Shown here: piece by piece, positions 59,137 through 64,000 of the stretch
Numbering within the stretch: the stretch's first letter is position 1
Layout of the letters: the number at the start of each line of letters is the position of its first letter
Notes under the pieces: model-generated
Told to the model about the DNA's origin: nothing
The model's input: the letters and a program-made list of their open reading frames with translations, nothing else
Database searches by the model: none
Translations under genes and position numbers: made by a program
Source of the DNA: Candidatus Versatilivorator sp.
GTDB taxonomy: Bacteria > Acidobacteriota > Terriglobia > Versatilivoradales > Versatilivoraceae
Assembly: GCA_965207735.1 (NCBI GenBank)
Contig: OZ242296.1
Location: forward strand, 4,608,001-4,672,000
Direction: 5' to 3'
Length of the DNA stretch: 64,000 nt

Positions 59137-59643
59137 ATGGGAAAGGACCCACAGTCCAGCTCGCGCAGAACCTTCTATCAGAGGATGATCTATGGCGTGA
59201 GCAGCCTGATCGCGGCCTCGCTGACAATTCCTGCCGTCGGCTACCTGTTTCCGTCTCGAAGGAAGGGTGACGGCCAAGAAGGCTGGACAGACGCGGGCGA
59301 TGTTTCGGCTCTTCCCCTGAATGAACCCCGCGAACTCGCTTTCCAGCGCAAGCGGGTTGACGGTTGGAAGACCTCCACCGAGCGGTCTACCGCCTGGGTG
59401 GTCAGGACCGAGCGGGAGTTGATCGCCTTTTCTCCCCGATGCACCCACCTGGGATGCGGCTACCACTGGGAAACCGACAGCGATCGATTTGTCTGCCCCT
59501 GCCACACCTCCGGCTTTTCCATGACGGGAGAGGTGCTGGAGGGACCCGCCCCACGACCCCTGGACCGTTTCGAAACTCGTACGGAAGGGAACCGCCTCTG
59601 GCTCGGTGGGGTTCGTCCCATTTCGGAGAACGGCGGCCAATGA
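59137..59643 (+). CDS. Rieske Fe-S subunit of cytochrome bc complex
   Basis: SRRTFY Tat-like anchor; CTHLGC and CPCH; GPAPRPL. Confidence 0.92.
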   Translation: MGKDPQSSSRRTFYQRMIYGVSSLIAASLTIPAVGYLFPSRRKGDGQEGWTDAGDVSALPLNEPRELAFQRKRVDGWKTSTERSTAWVVRTERELIAFSPRCTHLGCGYHWETDSDRFVCPCHTSGFSMTGEVLEGPAPRPLDRFETRTEGNRLWLGGVRPISENGGQ

Positions 59644-61286
59644 GGGACCTGATTCGAAGAATCCTGGATTGGGTGGACCATCGCACCGGGTTCGAGACGG
59701 CCGTCAAGAACTTCCTCTACGAGGACATCCCCGCTTCCAGCAGCTGGCACCAGGTCTTCGGCAGCATTGCCCTCTTCCTCTTCTTCGTCCAGGCCTTTAC
59801 CGGCGTTCTGCTGGCCTTCAACTACGCCCCCCAGCCCGGGGATGCCTACCACAGTCTCCAATACATTGTAAGCGAGATCACCGGCGGACGTCTGATCCGG
59901 GGGCTCCACCACTGGGGGTCCAGCCTCATGGTAGTGGTGGTGGGGCTGCACATGATCCAGGTGGCCTTGTGGGGAGCCTACAAGAAACCGCGGGAGGCGA
60001 CCTGGATTCTGGGGGTGTTGCTGCTGTTGCTGGTGCTGGCCTTCGGGCTGACCGGCTACCTGCTTCCCTGGGACAACCGGGCCTACTGGGCCACGGTGGT
60101 GACCATCCAGATTGCCGGCCTGGTGCCGCTGTTCGGGGAGTACATTCTGGAGTTTCTGGGCGGGGCCGAGGGCGTGGGTGTTTCCACCTTCACCCGTTTT
60201 TACACCCTGCACGTCCTGATGCTGCCGGCCTTGACCGTGCTCCTGATGATGCTCCACATCCACCTGGTGCGAAAGCACGGAGTAACTCCGTCTCCCCGGG
60301 CGATCGGGCAGCCCAAGAAGAAATTCTATCCCGGGCAGGCCTTCAAGGACCTGATGGCCTTTTTCGCCGTCTTCATCCTCCTGTTTGTTCTGGCAGCCAC
60401 GGTGGACGTGCCCCTGGAGGGCCTGGCCGACCCCAGCGACAGCACCTATGTCCCCCGTCCGGAGTGGTACTTCCTCTTTCTTTTCCAGACGCTCAAATTC
60501 TTCGAAGGCCGCTGGGAAGTGGTTGGGGCGGTGATCCTGCCCACCCTGGCCGTCCTTGCCTTGCTTGCCGTCCCTTTTCTGGATCGCGCCAAGGTCAAGC
60601 GCATCCAGCAGCGGACGCTGGCCTTCGCCGTGGTGGGCCTGGTATTGGCCGGTTGGCTGGCCCTGACGGTGGCCGCGTTCTTGACCACCCCCGAGCCGGT
60701 GGCATCCGCTCGGGAGACGAGTCCGCCTGCCGCGGACTGGCGGTTCCTGACGCCGGTCGAGCTGGCCGGCCGAGCCTACTTCCAGCGGGAGAAATGCGCC
60801 CGTTGCCACAACCTGGCCGAGGGTGAGCCCAAGATGGGACCCACCCTGGCCACGGTTTCCCATCGAAAGTCGGCCGAATGGCTCATGGAGCACTTCAAGA
60901 ATCCGTCCGAAGTGGTTCCGGGCAGTCCCATGCCGGCCATGACCATTTCCGACGACGAGTTGACCTGTCTGGCAGCCTTTGTGCTGAAGCTGACTCCGGG
61001 CAACGCCACCGCTCTGGAGGTCGTACCCGACTACGCCATGCGCGGGGCTGTGATCTACCACGAAAGCCAATGCGCCTCCTGCCACGTCGTCAATGGAAGC
61101 GGAGAAGAGAGCGGTCCCCCTCTCAACGGAGTGGGCCAGCGCCGCACGGCCCAATGGCTGGAGGACCACTTCCGCGACCCCCAGAAGTTCGACCCCCAAA
61201 GCGTCATGCCCCCCTACGATTTCCCCCCCGACGACATGAAAGCCATCGTCGACTATATGAAGGCTCTGCCTCCGGCCAGTGAATAG
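59640..61286 (+). CDS. Cytochrome b (b6 + subunit IV fused) with two C-terminal c-type heme domains
   Basis: RGLHHWG, TGYLLPWD, PEWY; CARCH and CASCH; ATG overlaps the Rieske stop codon. Confidence 0.92.
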   Translation: MRDLIRRILDWVDHRTGFETAVKNFLYEDIPASSSWHQVFGSIALFLFFVQAFTGVLLAFNYAPQPGDAYHSLQYIVSEITGGRLIRGLHHWGSSLMVVVVGLHMIQVALWGAYKKPREATWILGVLLLLLVLAFGLTGYLLPWDNRAYWATVVTIQIAGLVPLFGEYILEFLGGAEGVGVSTFTRFYTLHVLMLPALTVLLMMLHIHLVRKHGVTPSPRAIGQPKKKFYPGQAFKDLMAFFAVFILLFVLAATVDVPLEGLADPSDSTYVPRPEWYFLFLFQTLKFFEGRWEVVGAVILPTLAVLALLAVPFLDRAKVKRIQQRTLAFAVVGLVLAGWLALTVAAFLTTPEPVASARETSPPAADWRFLTPVELAGRAYFQREKCARCHNLAEGEPKMGPTLATVSHRKSAEWLMEHFKNPSEVVPGSPMPAMTISDDELTCLAAFVLKLTPGNATALEVVPDYAMRGAVIYHESQCASCHVVNGSGEESGPPLNGVGQRRTAQWLEDHFRDPQKFDPQSVMPPYDFPPDDMKAIVDYMKALPPASE

Positions 61287-61400
61287 ACAGTGGAGAGTGG
61301 AGAGTGGAGAGTGATTGGCCGTGCCCCCGCCCGTCCGCGCGGATCATTCGAGGAAAGACGGCCGATCGTTGAATGAAGACGAACCACGAAGGAAAGTAAG

Positions 61401-62398
61401 GGGGACGTTGTTGAATTACTGGAATAACTTGTTTCTCACTTCCGCGCCTTGGCTTGCGGAAAACCGGCATCCGACGCCAGGTCAAACCCGGCTGAGCGGT
61501 CCCGGTCCGCGGCACGCCCTATCACATTGTAGGCAACGAGTCCGTCTCGCCAGATCCAGAGCACTTCAGACTCGCCCTCCCCGCTTTTTCCCGGGCCAAC
61601 TCGCGTTGTCTCCCCATCGTAGGGGCAACCCTTGCGGTTGCCCGGTTGTTCGCGGTGGCCTGGAGGCGGAGGCAGGGAAACAGGGCAAGGATTCGTGGCG
61701 GCAAGCGGGAGCCTGTCAGGGTATACTCTTCAAGGTATGGTTTCGCCGGTGCCGATCGGTCCCGGTCCCCGGCGTGGCTGCACCTTTCTCCCTCTTCGAT
61801 TGAATCGTTTCCACGGGTTGGGTGAGGGAAATCACCCCGTCCGGAAAGGGAGAAAGTTGATGCCGACCTCGTCCAAGCCTGAAACCAGCGCAATCCATCG
61901 GGTCCTGATCGACAGCGGCGCGGACCCCAAGCTGATTCATCCCGCCATCGAGGAGATGCGTAACTTGAGTGGGCAGAACGTCATCACCGCCATCGGCGCT
62001 CAAATCACCGAGCTTCGGGCGGAGATGCAGACCCAAATCACCGCGCTCCGGACGGAGATGAACACCCTGAACAAGTTCATCTGGACGCTCGTCAGCCTGC
62101 TGTTCATTCCCATGCTTGGCCTGCTTTACAAGATTCTCACGTCGTGACCCAAGTCGATTTTGGCCGAGAAAAAATAAGGCGACGTTGTTGAATCACCGCA
62201 AAAACTTTGTTCCGGCTTTTACGTCTTGGCTGGCGGGTTACGAGCAGCCGAGGCTCCGAAATGTCCAGCTGGACAGCGCTGGTTTGCAGCACACCCTGTC
62301 ACACGGCGCGGTATCGAGTCCTTGAGCCCGTATCCAAGGCATCACAGAATCGCCCCTCCCAGTCTTTCCACTTATTCCACTAATTCAACAACGTCCCC
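61401..62398. mobile_element. 998-bp non-autonomous TIR-bounded cassette carrying a small ORF
   Basis: 27-bp TIRs with one mismatch: GGGGACGTTGTTGAATTACTGGAATAA (61401-61427) / TTATTCCACTAATTCAACAACGTCCCC (62372-62398); no transposase; no clear target duplication. Confidence 0.6.
61860..62147 (+). CDS. Small coiled-coil protein with C-terminal TM anchor (hypothetical)
   Basis: 95 aa; QITELRAEM/QITALRTEM repeat; hydrophobic C-terminus; GGGAG RBS. Confidence 0.65.
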   Translation: MPTSSKPETSAIHRVLIDSGADPKLIHPAIEEMRNLSGQNVITAIGAQITELRAEMQTQITALRTEMNTLNKFIWTLVSLLFIPMLGLLYKILTS

Positions 62399-62442
62399 TG
62401 TTTTCACCGACAAGGATCTTGTGGCGAGTGTCCCGCGTACCA

Positions 62443-63450
62443 CTAGCTCAGCGCCAGCATCTCCGAGACCTGTTCAAAAACTTCCTCCACCTCGATCTCC
62501 CCGACCGGGATTTTCCTGATGATCCGGCTATCGTCTCCCAGCGGCCGGTAGTGCAGGGGATCGCTGAGGCTGAACAGGCCCAGGGTGGGAACGCCCAGGG
62601 CGGGGCCGAAGTGCATGGGGCCGGAGTCGTTGCTCACCAGCAGGTGGCAGCGGCTGATTACCGCGGCCAGGTCCTTCAGTCCAAGTTGACCGGCCAGGGC
62701 GTAGTGGACGGTTTTCAGGGAGGACTCGGCTTGTCTGAGCAAGTCCTCTTCTCCGGGCCCGCAGAGTAAGAGAACGCCCAGGTCGAACCGGCCGGCCAGT
62801 TTGTCGGCCAGGGCTGCAAAGCGCGGCGCGGGCCACATCTTGTCGGCGGCGCTGGCTCCCAGGTTCATTCCGATCAGGCAGGGACATCCGTCCATCCCCT
62901 TTTCTCGCAATAATCGTTCCGCCGTGGTGCGGCTTTCGGCAGGGACTTCCAGCCGAATGTCCCGGGCGCCGGGGCTCGCCCTCAAGGTTTCCACCAGGGA
63001 ATCGAACCGATCGGCCACGTGCAGGCTCTGGTCTTCCGGCACCGGGTCCAGGTTGAAGCAGAAGGGCAGATAGGAGGGTTCGTTCCTTTTGAGACCGATC
63101 CGCCAGGGGGCCCGGCTGTACCAGGCCAGCAGGTTGGTTTCCCGAAAGCCGTGGAAATCGATCACCAGGTCGTAGCGGGCTTTGCGAAGCTCATGGGCCG
63201 ACCGGAGTGCGCTGAGAGCTCCCGACCACCAGGGGCTGTCGCGCATGCCGATGCGATCCGATGCAATCACCCTGTCGACGGCGGAACACATCTCCACAAC
63301 GGGAGCGTAGCGTTGATCCACCAGGGCGGAGATGTGGGCGGCGGAATACTGCCGGCGCAGGGCTCGCAAGGCGGGAATCAGCAGCACCAGGTCGCCCAGC
63401 CGTCCGTAGCGAATGACCAGGATCCTGGATATATCGGAGAGAGTGACCAT
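62443..63450 (-). CDS. Glycosyltransferase family 9 (LPS heptosyltransferase-like)
   Basis: ILVIRYGRLGDLVL, KMWP, SNDSGPMH. Confidence 0.9.
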   Translation of the reverse strand: MVTLSDISRILVIRYGRLGDLVLLIPALRALRRQYSAAHISALVDQRYAPVVEMCSAVDRVIASDRIGMRDSPWWSGALSALRSAHELRKARYDLVIDFHGFRETNLLAWYSRAPWRIGLKRNEPSYLPFCFNLDPVPEDQSLHVADRFDSLVETLRASPGARDIRLEVPAESRTTAERLLREKGMDGCPCLIGMNLGASAADKMWPAPRFAALADKLAGRFDLGVLLLCGPGEEDLLRQAESSLKTVHYALAGQLGLKDLAAVISRCHLLVSNDSGPMHFGPALGVPTLGLFSLSDPLHYRPLGDDSRIIRKIPVGEIEVEEVFEQVSEMLALS

Positions 63451-63823
63451 GAAAGTGGGAATCCGATTCCCGACAAGCGGCCGTACGTGTTCACCCGGCC
63501 CCCGCCCTGCCGGGCGGACCATTCGAGGAAAAACGGTTGATCGTCAATAAAGATGAACCACCAATGGACACGAATGAACACAAATTGCTTTTGAAGTACC
63601 CGTGGTCCTTGGCGGATCGTCGCTCAGTTTCTGCCGGCGAAGATTGTAGGGAAGCCCCTCGACTCAGTCAAAGCAGGGAGATTTGACGACAAAGGGGTCC
63701 GCCCGGGTGGGCCGCCGGCCTTGCCCGGAAACCAGTTGCTTTGTTCGAATCGCTTGATTATGCTTTGTAGCCCTGCGAAAGGTCCTTTTCAGTCTTTGTT
63801 TTGCGCTTCCAGGAGTCCAAACC

Positions 63824-64000
63824 ATGCTCCGGGCACCCTCACCTGGATTTTCTCGAAGGAACTTCCTTTCGGCCGCGCCGCTGACGGCCGCCGGAGGAAT
63901 GGCCGCCGCTGCCCCCTCCCGAAAGAGGCCCCGCATTGCCGCGGTGGTCAGCGAGTACCGCCGCTACTCTCACGCCCAGCACATCGTGGATCGATTCCTG
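63824..64000 (+). CDS. Tat-exported hypothetical protein (3'-truncated by window)
   Basis: AGGAG RBS; MLRAPSPGFSRRNFL...RIAAVVSEYRRYSHAQHIVDRFL, open to the window end. Confidence 0.65.
   Translation, partial: MLRAPSPGFSRRNFLSAAPLTAAGGMAAAAPSRKRPRIAAVVSEYRRYSHAQHIVDRFL

Noticed and set aside
61288-61313. AGTGGAG heptamer tandem
   Set aside because: Only about 3.5 units in intergenic DNA; too short to interpret.

Overview
GC-rich bacterial chromosomal window. The gene content suggests an Acidobacteria-like organism, possibly a sponge symbiont; this is inference. Bases 1-15.7 kb hold the 3' part of a Sup-type type I PKS locus: KS-AT-DH-MT-ER-KR-ACP-KS-AT0, a free ACP, an Sfp PPTase, an alpha/beta hydrolase and an NCS2 permease. 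An IS1182 element and a MITE are stacked at one CTAG site inside this locus. The main finding is a group II intron family that homes into repeats. One RT-encoding intron (15980-17974, minus strand) sits in a dispersed REP-like repeat. Two nearly identical ORF-less relatives (12963-13831 and 42332-43201) sit at the same position in opposite terminal inverted repeats of two diverged MITE copies, and their EBS1/EBS2 are complementary to that TIR. The rest is metabolic and housekeeping genes, two tRNAs, several families of small intergenic repeats and a 998-bp TIR-bounded cassette with a cargo ORF. The genes include PhyH, DUF1501/PSD1, GH97, DadA-like, PHP, MetE-like, P450, cupin, SDR, YhaO/YhaN, a pentapeptide-repeat protein, SelA-like, fumarate hydratase, MFS, DUF481, SSS, DHS-like, a LysM transglycosylase, Rieske/cytochrome bc and GT9. 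All calls come from reading motifs by eye; no database searches were run.
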